From contig OY760505.1 in NCBI GenBank assembly GCA_963663545.1, positions 1,888,001-1,952,000 of the forward strand: 64,000 nt of DNA. The letters run 5' to 3'. A program made the translations under genes and the position numbers. Of this stretch, positions 54,024-62,553 are shown one piece after another. Each line of letters begins with the position of its first letter. Positions within the stretch are counted from its first letter, which is position 1. The stretch is from Candidatus Delongbacteria bacterium. GTDB taxonomy: Bacteria > CAIWAD01. The notes beneath the pieces are model-generated. The model was given only the letters and a program-made list of their open reading frames with translations. It had not been told where the DNA came from and did no database searches.

Positions 54024-54818
54024 CTAGAACAGTTCCACGTACGTGATCTTGATCTCGCGGGCAATGTTGTCTACCGGGCGTCCTTCCAGATCGCGGCGAT
54101 TCTTTAGCACATCTTTGAAATCCAGCTCAATGGACAGGCGCTCGGCAAACGTCCAGCGTACACCCAGATTCAAAAATCCTTTGTCGCGGCTGAGTCCCGT
54201 GTCCACATCATCCAAACCGAAATTGTATTCCGTGAGCACAGAAAGTTCGTTGTTGACTTCCTTGTCCATGCCAACATAGAAGTTCATGCCGCGGTCATCG
54301 TCGTTTTCCATGCTGTTGAAATTGACACCCGTGTGGAGGCCCAGCATGCCGAAGTTGCCGAGGATGTAGTTCTTGCCAGCGACAACGAAAAAGCCCGGAC
54401 CCTTGTATTCGTAGCGATTCTCATTCTCGCCATCATTGTCCACATCGTCGTCGATCCAGCGGCCATGGCCCTGACTGTTGTAGCCAATGGCAAAGGCTGG
54501 CCAGAGGACGGACTCATCGATGACACGGTATTTCAGGCTTAACTCGGGGCGCTGATTCCACTCCGGCTTAACGTCGGAAACAATATTGGTGCCGCCGAAA
54601 CTGGCTCCCATGTTCAAGCGGTCCAGCAGGCCGACATCGAACCCTACTAGCACACCGCCATTGCTGTAAAGGACCATGTCGAAATCCCAGGTGCCGCGAT
54701 TCAAAATGCCGGCGGTGGGATTATCGATCAGGCGATTGATCGGCAAAGTTTTAATGTCCTGTGCCTGAGCGTTGAAGCCAATGGAAAGCAACAGGGCAAG
54801 TCCAAGGATTCTCTTCAT
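54024..54818 (-). CDS. Secreted/outer-membrane protein (YjbH-like barrel, tentative)
   Basis: Signal peptide AQA; LIDNPTAG.L; amphipathic strands; terminal Phe. Confidence 0.65.
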   Translation of the reverse strand: MKRILGLALLLSIGFNAQAQDIKTLPINRLIDNPTAGILNRGTWDFDMVLYSNGGVLVGFDVGLLDRLNMGASFGGTNIVSDVKPEWNQRPELSLKYRVIDESVLWPAFAIGYNSQGHGRWIDDDVDNDGENENRYEYKGPGFFVVAGKNYILGNFGMLGLHTGVNFNSMENDDDRGMNFYVGMDKEVNNELSVLTEYNFGLDDVDTGLSRDKGFLNLGVRWTFAERLSIELDFKDVLKNRRDLEGRPVDNIAREIKITYVELF

Positions 54819-54854
54819 GGCTGCTCCTTGAGTGCGATTACCAGGCTGACAAGG

Positions 54855-55973
54855 TCAGCGGCTGATCAGTTCAATGTTCGCGCGCGGCAACGTGATTTCC
54901 TCGCCGCTGTTGAGGCGTACTTTTAGCACACGTACGAGCGCGCCGCTCTCAACCTGCGTCAACTCGGGCGGTAGTGCGCTGACGACGCCATTCTGGCCAA
55001 ACCAGGGCTGGCGAATGATGCGGACTTCGCTGCCCACGCCTAGCTCGCCTGAAGCATGTGTTTCTTCAACCAGCTCCGTATCGGGCAGCGGAACGACGAT
55101 CTCCGGACGTATCACGCCTGCGCGAATCTGTGTTGCACCATTCACGGAGGCGTGCTTTCCGGCTAGGCGTCCCAGCAAATCCCAGGTGCGCTGTGTCATG
55201 GGAATGCTGCCGTAGCCCTCGGTGAGGATCAGCGTGATACCCAGATCTTCGTTGCCCGTGATGGCCACTCCCAGCTCGAAGCCCAGCAGGTCCTTCAGGT
55301 CGCCCTTGTCGAAACCACCGGCGATCACGGCGGAGACGCCCAGATCGCGCGCCTTGTAGAGCGCGGCCAGCGTGACACAAGATCCTGCAATGAGAATCTT
55401 GCCCCTGTGCTCCGGTCGAATCTCTGCCTCGTTCAAGACACGATCCGGGCCTTGTGATACAACTTCCAGCACGCCCCAGGCCTCGCCGCCCACGCCGAAG
55501 ATGCCCTGGATGTAGGCGCCCTGCGTGCGCACCGTGACACCTTCGCGTTCGTGCACCTCAATTACTTCGCCGTCCATGAAAGCGTTGACTTCCACCGGCA
55601 CTGGCGGGCGCTGCAGAATGACTTGGCCGGTGCGCAGCGAGATGCTCTCCACGGAACCGTCAATGGGACTGTTGCAATTGCTTTTAAACAAGCCGAAGAA
55701 GCTGCTGGTCTGGGCGATCAGTTCGCCCTTGCTGACCGTGTCGCCCTCCTTCTTGAACATGGCCTCCTCAAGCTCGGCGGGTTCAACTCCCAACACGTGG
55801 GCCACTTGCACAGGGTAGATGTCACCCGGCAGATCGGTTCGTGCTACAATGCTGTTGTGTGACACGGAATCGCCCATTGCCACGCCGACTTCGCCCAGAA
55901 GCGGGAGCCTGCGTTCCTTGACGATGACTGTGTTGTCCGCCACGCGTAGACCTGGAGTGAAGGATGTTGCCAT
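54855..55973 (-). CDS. Conserved hypothetical protein (biotinyl/lipoyl-like barrel-sandwich repeats, C-terminal KOW-like)
   Basis: GEV.V..GDSV, K.GD.V.KGELIA...SPIDG.V, GSEVRII..PWFG..G.V. Confidence 0.7.
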   Translation of the reverse strand: MATSFTPGLRVADNTVIVKERRLPLLGEVGVAMGDSVSHNSIVARTDLPGDIYPVQVAHVLGVEPAELEEAMFKKEGDTVSKGELIAQTSSFFGLFKSNCNSPIDGSVESISLRTGQVILQRPPVPVEVNAFMDGEVIEVHEREGVTVRTQGAYIQGIFGVGGEAWGVLEVVSQGPDRVLNEAEIRPEHRGKILIAGSCVTLAALYKARDLGVSAVIAGGFDKGDLKDLLGFELGVAITGNEDLGITLILTEGYGSIPMTQRTWDLLGRLAGKHASVNGATQIRAGVIRPEIVVPLPDTELVEETHASGELGVGSEVRIIRQPWFGQNGVVSALPPELTQVESGALVRVLKVRLNSGEEITLPRANIELISR

Positions 55974-56252
55974 GCTTGCCTCGTTCTGTCGTTGTCGCTC
56001 TGTCCGAAGATGGACTGTGCATCAAGTTGGCAAACACCGGCAAAAGGAGGCAGCGATTCTTGACAGCAAGCCAGGCACTTTGACGAACATCTAAACCGTG
56101 TTACACAGGTTGCCTTGTGCAGGATGGTGCTGGTGCTAGTAAATCAATTCACGTGAATCGGTCCACCAGCGGCGTCCGTGAAGATTCGAGCGTGGATTCG
56201 GGGCAAAACAAGGAGAGGCGAAGATCCCGTTGAACTCCTGGTAGAGACAAAT

Positions 56253-56280
56253 AGGGCGGGATCAACTCCCGCCCTTTGAT
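56253..56280 (-). terminator. Terminator hairpin, duplicated copy 1 (28 bp)
   Basis: AGGGCGGGATCAACTCCCGCCCTTTGAT, identical to 57534..57561. Confidence 0.85.
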
Positions 56281-56313
56281 GAGTGCATTCAGATGAATCG
56301 CTTCGAAAGGTGC

Positions 56314-57450
56314 CTAGGATTCGGCCATTCGTCGTTTCAGCCAGGCGGATAAAAAGCGATCCAGCACGAAATACCCGTCTTCATTGCGGTCCACCAGATC
56401 GCGAGTGAGCAAGGCCTCGATACCCCGCTGAACCGTTGAGGGCGTGCTCAGATTCCATTGCTTGATGAACTCACTTGCGAAAGGTCGAACTGGCGCGTCT
56501 TGACTGCTGATGCCCAACAACAGACGTTGCTGGGTCATCGTCAGGGCCTCCCATTGCGCAGAAAAAGTGTCGCCTTCCCGCTCGAGGAGTCTGGTCTGCG
56601 CTTGTGATACGAGGCTTTCCGGGACTTCATTGGACGGGCACATATCCCAGACCGTGTGACACAAGTGTTGCGTGTAATACGGATGACCGCCGCTGATTCG
56701 CAGAATTTCCTCCAGCTGTGTATCACGCAGATCGATTCCGCTTGCTTCGAAGCGATGCCGGATAAAGGGTCGCCAATGCTCCTTGTCGATCACTTGCAGC
56801 GGATAGTGAATGCCCAGACGGTAGAGCGGGCGGGCTGGATCCTGGAACATTCCACGCAGCAGATGTCGCTTACTGCCCAGAAAGAACCAGGCGACCCCCC
56901 GATGTTGTTGTATGCAGCTGCGTAGTTGCCGCTCTATTTCGTCGGAATCAAAATCCAGGACGCGCTGGAACTCATCAATCACAATCACAATCCGGCGGCT
57001 CTGCTCACGCGCAATGCGGTAGATGCCTTCAATGACATCCTGCAGAGTGCGCGCACTGTCATTGTCCGTTGTGAGGTGAAATTGCAGCTGTGTTTGTCCG
57101 GCAGCGTCGACTGTCAGCGAAGGAATGAGCCTGCTGAAAGCATTGCGCAGGCTTTCCAGCAAATGCTCCAGGTTCATATTCAACCTTCGACCAACGGCGC
57201 GCGCCAGCGCCAAGGTGAATGAGTTCACACTGTCTGTTGTCCAAGCATCCATGTAAATCGGCAGGTAGCTGGTGGAATCCAGCTCGCTGGTTACTTGAGA
57301 CACGAGCGAGGTCTTGCCCATGCGGCGTTCGGAATGGAGGAACAGGCAGTCACCATTATCTATGGCCTGACGCAGTTCGCTGCGTTCAAGCTGCCGGTTG
57401 CAGAAATCGGCACCGCCCACGATGCCACCAAAGCGGAATGGGTTGTCCAT
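56314..57450 (-). CDS. AAA/STAND-like 'archaeal ATPase' with C-terminal wHTH
   Basis: NPF..G...FCNR..E, Walker A SERRMGKTS, Walker B IDEFQ, LGS, GGHPYYTQ, DRFLS.WL. Confidence 0.85.
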   Translation of the reverse strand: MDNPFRFGGIVGGADFCNRQLERSELRQAIDNGDCLFLHSERRMGKTSLVSQVTSELDSTSYLPIYMDAWTTDSVNSFTLALARAVGRRLNMNLEHLLESLRNAFSRLIPSLTVDAAGQTQLQFHLTTDNDSARTLQDVIEGIYRIAREQSRRIVIVIDEFQRVLDFDSDEIERQLRSCIQQHRGVAWFFLGSKRHLLRGMFQDPARPLYRLGIHYPLQVIDKEHWRPFIRHRFEASGIDLRDTQLEEILRISGGHPYYTQHLCHTVWDMCPSNEVPESLVSQAQTRLLEREGDTFSAQWEALTMTQQRLLLGISSQDAPVRPFASEFIKQWNLSTPSTVQRGIEALLTRDLVDRNEDGYFVLDRFLSAWLKRRMAES

Positions 57451-57533
57451 TTTACGCTCCTTGCGTTACGCAAAAAGCGTAATCAATAAGCACTGAAGAA
57501 TCAACAGGTTTCGCGACTAGCCATTCAATAAAA

Positions 57534-57561
57534 AGGGCGGGATCAACTCCCGCCCTTTGAT
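57534..57561 (-). terminator. Terminator hairpin, copy 2, downstream of the GlmL-like gene
   Basis: Same 28-mer, followed by TTTTT on the minus strand. Confidence 0.85.
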
Positions 57562-57580
57562 TCTCATGTGAAGCAATGCC

Positions 57581-59467
57581 TCAGGACTTCGTAATGTCCC
57601 AGCGCTGCAGGCGCTCGATGCGGCCAGGCGAATCTGCCGTCAGATTGAAGGGGCGTCCGCGTGTGTCGATGATCAGGCCCACTACGCCTCCGCGCACTTC
57701 GTGCCTGATCTCGCGACCGGGACCCGCGCCCAGGTCAAAACCGCGCGCCGGCTTGAACAACAACTCACAGCGGGTGCCGTCTTCCATTGGATAGAGACGC
57801 AGCTCGTCCTGGGCGATTTCCTCATCCAGCTTGGTTCCATTGGGCAAAGTGCCGCTGACGTGCAGGCAAGGCGTGCCCGGCTTTTTCAGCTTGCCCAGCG
57901 GAGCGACGCAACTGCCCAGGTGGATCATGCAATCCTTGTCGAAAACCTGGGTAGCGGCTTCTTTGTGGAAGCTGGACAGCACGCCCAGCTGCGGCATCAT
58001 GAAAATGGAGTCGACGGCCAGATCGGTAAAGCCTTCGGGCAGGAAGGCGTCGACGAGCATCCATGCCGTTTGTACACGGCGCGGGGCGTGGCTGAGCACG
58101 CCGCCCGAACCCACCAGCAGATTCAGCTCCATCATCTTGACCAGACTGCGAATGCCGCCGTCCTGATCGAAGGCGTCGGAGATGGTGCGTTCCTGCTGCA
58201 CGCCTTTCAGCTCTACGGCAAATTCCTTGTGCTGCACAAAGGAAAGCCGCAGCGCCTCGCGCGCGATGGCCTGCTCGATCTGCAGATCCTCCAGCGTCTG
58301 GGGAATCGTCGTTGGCCGGATCATCTTGTTGCCAATGCGATTGCGCAGCTCGTGGCCGTCCAGTTCAAAGGGCACCCAACGCTGAATGTTATCCAAACCG
58401 GCCTCGGCCAGCACATTGCTCACGCTGTAGCTCATGCCCAGGTTGGCCGAGACGGTGCGGTTGAACACGCCGCCGAACACGGAGAAGACGTCGGTGGTTG
58501 CGCCGCCGATGTCCACGCCCACCACATTGATCTTGTTGATCTCGGCGATGGTCTCGATGATACGACCCACGGCGCCCGGCGTGGGCATGATGGGCACTTG
58601 CACACACGCGCCGCGCTCCTCGTCGTACACACGGCAGATGGCCATCAGGCGGTCGTAGCCCGGCGCCTGTTGCATGACGTGTTCCATGAAGAGGTCGTGA
58701 ATCTTGTCGCGGGCGGGATTCAGGTTTTCGCGCTCGAGAATAGGGCGCACGTTGTCGACGATGTCGAGCGCGCTGGCTTCCTCAAGGATGTCGCGAATCT
58801 GCTGGTGCAGCTCCTCGTTGCCGGCGTAGATGATGGGCAGATTATAACCCTGGCCCAGTCGTGGACGTGGCTTGGCTGCCGCAATCAGTTCCGCCAGATC
58901 AATGGGCAACTTGCTACCGCCGTCGGTGCCGCCCGCCAGCAGAATCATGTCCGGGCGCAGACGGCGGATGCGGTCGATTTTCTCGTGGGGCAGACGGCCA
59001 TCGTTGCTGGCGATAGTATCCATGACAATGGCTCCTGCACCCAGCGCAGCGCGCGTGGCGCTTTCGCCGGTCATCGAAGCCACTACGCCAGCCACCATCA
59101 TTTGCAGACCGCCGCCAGCAGAGGAGGTGGAGATGTAAGCGTCCACACCCAGGTCGCCCTGCTGCGGTACAACAATTTCCCAACGCTCGCGGCCCTGCTC
59201 ATCGCTTGTCCTTTGCAGGAAGTGGCGCTCGGGCGTCGCTTTGCGCACGGTTCCATCGCTAAGAGTGAGATCCTGCTGGGCCAGCTCCTGTACTTCCATG
59301 ACCGCGTTGATCACGCCCATGGTGACGTCCTCGAAGGGCGCCTCGACGGTGGTGGGAGCCTCGCCGCGAATGGTCTGACGATAGCTGTCGCCGACCTTTT
59401 CTATCAGAATACACTTAGTCGTGGTGCTACCGCAATCGGTAGCCAGGATCGAGCGGATTTCCTTCAT
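57581..59467 (-). CDS. GlmL/MutL (glutamate mutase reactivase)-like ASKHA ATPase
   Basis: Motifs DCGSTTTK, SSAGGGL, LLAGGTDGG, MPTPGAV, DIGGATTDVFS, RTVSANLGMSYS, GSGGVL. Confidence 0.85.
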   Translation of the reverse strand: MKEIRSILATDCGSTTTKCILIEKVGDSYRQTIRGEAPTTVEAPFEDVTMGVINAVMEVQELAQQDLTLSDGTVRKATPERHFLQRTSDEQGRERWEIVVPQQGDLGVDAYISTSSAGGGLQMMVAGVVASMTGESATRAALGAGAIVMDTIASNDGRLPHEKIDRIRRLRPDMILLAGGTDGGSKLPIDLAELIAAAKPRPRLGQGYNLPIIYAGNEELHQQIRDILEEASALDIVDNVRPILERENLNPARDKIHDLFMEHVMQQAPGYDRLMAICRVYDEERGACVQVPIMPTPGAVGRIIETIAEINKINVVGVDIGGATTDVFSVFGGVFNRTVSANLGMSYSVSNVLAEAGLDNIQRWVPFELDGHELRNRIGNKMIRPTTIPQTLEDLQIEQAIAREALRLSFVQHKEFAVELKGVQQERTISDAFDQDGGIRSLVKMMELNLLVGSGGVLSHAPRRVQTAWMLVDAFLPEGFTDLAVDSIFMMPQLGVLSSFHKEAATQVFDKDCMIHLGSCVAPLGKLKKPGTPCLHVSGTLPNGTKLDEEIAQDELRLYPMEDGTRCELLFKPARGFDLGAGPGREIRHEVRGGVVGLIIDTRGRPFNLTADSPGRIERLQRWDITKS

Positions 59468-59484
59468 CCTGTCTCCGGTGGTGC

Positions 59485-61146
59485 CTAAAAGGCTCGCTCC
59501 ATCAGGCGCTGGGCCTCTTTGCCCGCAGTCGCCAGCACATCATCCTTGGGCCACAGTTGCAGCTTGCGGTCCTTCACCAGAAAACTGCCGTCTACCATCG
59601 TGTGACGCAAGTCGCGAGACGAAGCGGACCAGACCAGCTGCTGTGCCGGTGTCCCCACCGGTCCCACGCCCGGTTGGTTCAAATCGAAGAAGCCGATGTC
59701 AGCGCGTTTGCCCACTTCAAGGCTTCCCAGACTCTCGTTCAAACCCAAAGCCGTTGCAGCGTCGATGGTAACCAGCGAGAGCAGTGTTTCGGCGCTGATG
59801 GAATCGGGACCGCGATTGAGCTTCTGCAGCAGACCTGCCAGGCGCATTTCCTGCACCACATCCAGGTTGTTGTTACAAGCGGCACCGTCGGCGCCAATGC
59901 CCACGCTAATGCGACGTCCCAGCAAATCCACCACCGGCGCAATACCGCTGCCTAGCTTCATATTGGCGCTGGGGCAGTGTACGATCACGTTGTGCGGATT
60001 GCTACTCAGCAGCACCTTCTCTTGCTCACTCAGAAAGACGCCGTGCGCACCGATGAACTTTTCCTCGAGGTAGCCCAGATCCTGATACAAGAGCGCCGGG
60101 TTACGGCCAAAGGCCTCGCGCGTCAGTTGTACCTCGTCTCGCGTTTCGGCGATGTGCGTGTGGATCCAGCTTCCGGTTTCGGCAGCCAGGCGCTTGACTT
60201 CGCGCAGCAGGTCCGGGCTGCAGCTGGGTGCGAATCGCGGATTGAGGGTGATCTGCAGGCGGCCCTTGCCGTTCCATTCCGCATGGAGCTTCTGCCAAGT
60301 GTCGATCATCTTCGATGTTTTAGGACGCATGCTCTTGGGAACGCCCCGGCCCCCGTCCATCAGTGCGGGGCCGCTGAAGGCGCGCAATCCTGAGTCGACG
60401 ATGGTCTCGAAGATGTGCTCACTGCCGTCCACGGTTTCCATGGTGCAGCAGGTTGTGGTTCCCGAAAGCAGCAGCTCGGCAATTGCCAAACGGGCGCTGG
60501 CCACCAGCGAGGCGCGATTGTGTGCGGCTTCAAGCGGCCAGATGCGCGTACGCAGCCAATCGAAAAGGGTCATGTCCTCGGCCATGTGGCGGAAGATCGT
60601 CTGACACAAATGCACGTGCAGCTGAATGAAGCCGGGAAAAAGAGTCAGCCCGGTGGCATCAAAGACCTTTTCACCGGCGCGCGGGCGCAGTTTGCCAAGG
60701 GCTTGAATCTCGCCGTCCGCCACACGCACGTCGGCGCGAAGAATCTCGCGCACCTGGTTCATGGTAACCAGGGTTCCGCCGCGAATCAGCAGCGACTCGG
60801 ATTTCTTGCCGCGTGTTGCCGTAACTGTCACGTTGGACGTGGGCACAGCCGTGGCCTTGGTGGTAGCCCTGGCTTTGACGCTTGCTTTCGCAGTTGCGCC
60901 TTTTGCGGACGTGGCCTTTCTAGCCGCGGGCGTCTTCGTCTTGGGGGACGGACCCTTAGCGGCAGAAGTGGCCGTTTTACGTGATTTTTCAGCAGGGTTG
61001 GCTTTTTCCGTCTTCTCGACGGTTTTCTTGCTCGATTTCTTGGCGGGAGTTCCGGCCGCCTTCTTCGCCTTGTTGGCCGTTCCCCTTTTGGTCGTTCCTT
61101 CGGCCTTCTCGGTCGTGGAGCGGCGGGATTTGGAGTTAACTGCCAT
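59485..61146 (-). CDS. Amidohydrolase, 5'-deoxyadenosine/MTA-SAH deaminase-like, with a Lys/Ala/Thr-rich N-terminal extension
   Basis: HVHLCQ, DWL..RIWPLEAAH, HTHIAE, HCPSANMKLGSG, GADG; about 115 aa of histone-H1-like tail. Confidence 0.85.
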   Translation of the reverse strand: MAVNSKSRRSTTEKAEGTTKRGTANKAKKAAGTPAKKSSKKTVEKTEKANPAEKSRKTATSAAKGPSPKTKTPAARKATSAKGATAKASVKARATTKATAVPTSNVTVTATRGKKSESLLIRGGTLVTMNQVREILRADVRVADGEIQALGKLRPRAGEKVFDATGLTLFPGFIQLHVHLCQTIFRHMAEDMTLFDWLRTRIWPLEAAHNRASLVASARLAIAELLLSGTTTCCTMETVDGSEHIFETIVDSGLRAFSGPALMDGGRGVPKSMRPKTSKMIDTWQKLHAEWNGKGRLQITLNPRFAPSCSPDLLREVKRLAAETGSWIHTHIAETRDEVQLTREAFGRNPALLYQDLGYLEEKFIGAHGVFLSEQEKVLLSSNPHNVIVHCPSANMKLGSGIAPVVDLLGRRISVGIGADGAACNNNLDVVQEMRLAGLLQKLNRGPDSISAETLLSLVTIDAATALGLNESLGSLEVGKRADIGFFDLNQPGVGPVGTPAQQLVWSASSRDLRHTMVDGSFLVKDRKLQLWPKDDVLATAGKEAQRLMERAF

Positions 61147-61492
61147 GGGCCTCGTCCAGTTGTTCAATGTAGCGGATGATATAAGGGATACTTGCTCGCT
61201 CTTCCAACATTTCCTGCACGTCGCAGTAGTCTTTGCCGTCAGCGAAAATGCGCACGATCGGCGCGAAGAACGCCATTCCCATACTCAATACGAAGTTCAA
61301 GGGTCTGGCGCCTTCCAGCAATAGTAACGCTGGTGCGCTTACTCCCCGCTTGACCACCTCGTGAGCAAAACGGCGCGCAAGTTCGCGTTCGCGCTCGCTT
61401 AACGTGGAGCCAAGACGTTGTAAAACAATGTCGCTCTCGTCCAGCGGAGCTCCTTCGTGCCCGACCTGCGCCGAGGAGTTACTCCGGCGCAT
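61136..61492 (-). CDS. Conserved hypothetical protein
   Basis: AGGAG RBS; overlaps both neighbours; PALLLLE.ARPLNF motif. Confidence 0.65.
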   Translation of the reverse strand: MRRSNSSAQVGHEGAPLDESDIVLQRLGSTLSERERELARRFAHEVVKRGVSAPALLLLEGARPLNFVLSMGMAFFAPIVRIFADGKDYCDVQEMLEERASIPYIIRYIEQLDEAHGS

Positions 61493-61898
61493 TCTCGCCC
61501 TGCAAATACTCCTTCACACGAAGGCGCAGTTCGTCCAGGGCGGCCAGATCAGGAGCCTGGGGGATACGACGTCGAGTGCCGTTGTTAAGCAGCAGATGCA
61601 GACCGCGTGGTCCTGCCTCAACTCCGCTAATTTCATCCCAGGACCAGCACTTCGCACCGGTCAACGGCGCTGACAAGGTGATGCCCATGCCATCTACAAC
61701 CATATTCGAAGGAAGTAGAAAGTCGCGCAATGAAAATACAAACAACGTAATCAGCGTTAGTGTCGGCCAACCATAGCCCAGCCACCAGACGGTCAAGGAG
61801 GAGCAGACCACGAGGATCAAAACCACAAGTACTGCACGCACGGGATCCCGTCGAAACGGATTGGAATCCCAGCTTAGTCGATGCTCACTCTGATGCAT
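61479..61898 (-). CDS. Hypothetical membrane protein (2 TM + PH-like domain)
   Basis: Two TMs followed by LP...V...GI...W.W.EI. Confidence 0.6.
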   Translation of the reverse strand: MHQSEHRLSWDSNPFRRDPVRAVLVVLILVVCSSLTVWWLGYGWPTLTLITLFVFSLRDFLLPSNMVVDGMGITLSAPLTGAKCWSWDEISGVEAGPRGLHLLLNNGTRRRIPQAPDLAALDELRLRVKEYLQGENAPE

Positions 61899-62158
61899 GG
61901 TTTAATTACAGAAAATCCAAACATATCGCAAAATGTTTTCCTTCGTTCTTGCAATTCCCCGTTCCTTGCAGCGAAGGGAGTGTTTGTCCGCGAATGCAGG
62001 GCCTTTGAACCGCAAATGCAGCAAGGGGAAAGTGTGCGTTATGAGCCAATCGGCCACCACGTGCCGACCAAGATCGGTACCTCTGCTTTGCGGCGAGCAG
62101 AAGAACGGCTGTAACTTCTATAAATTATTAGCAAATTCACCGGAAACGGGGGACAGTT

Positions 62159-62545
62159 GTGCAGACGTTTTCGCTTCGGACGGATCGCCGGGAACAGTTC
62201 CTGCGGCTGGATGACATTCTGCAAGAGGCCATCGAAGCCGAAAAGCTGGAGAATGGGTTGTTGCTGGTGCATGTGCCCCACACGACGGCTGGCGTGACCC
62301 TCAACGAAAACGGGGATCCCGATGTGCCGCGCGACCTGCTGATGAGGCTGCGCTTCCTTGCCGAAGACAAAGGCTATCGGCACGCAGAGGGCAATTCCGA
62401 TGCGCATTTGAAAAGCAGCCTGCTGGGCTGCCAAGTACTTGTTCCTGTTCTCAATGGCCGCCCCCAGCTTGGGGTGTGGCAATCCGTATGGTTCTGCGAA
62501 TTTGACGGCCCGCGCCAGCGAAGGCTGTTGTGCAGTCGCGTGTAG
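62159..62545 (+). CDS. yjbQ: YjbQ/UPF0047 family protein
   Basis: Motifs PHTTAG, EN.DP.V, H.EGNSDAHLKS, LG.WQ...EFDGPR.R. Confidence 0.92.
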   Translation: MQTFSLRTDRREQFLRLDDILQEAIEAEKLENGLLLVHVPHTTAGVTLNENGDPDVPRDLLMRLRFLAEDKGYRHAEGNSDAHLKSSLLGCQVLVPVLNGRPQLGVWQSVWFCEFDGPRQRRLLCSRV

Positions 62546-62553
62546 GAGGCGCT

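Noticed and set aside
56020..56110. c-di-GMP-I riboswitch (GGCAAAC seed)
   Set aside because: The stems do not fit, and it lies on the strand opposite the downstream gene.
56145..56160. Third parS (CAATTCACGTGAATCG)
   Set aside because: Only 11/16 match; the outer TGT/ACA arms are missing.
57701..59488. 595-aa plus-strand ORF, and similar long antisense ORFs at 41646..42863, 43246..44349 and 48788..49744
   Set aside because: These are shadow frames of GC-rich real genes (GlmL-like, gyrA, gyrB, dnaA) with no recognisable motifs.
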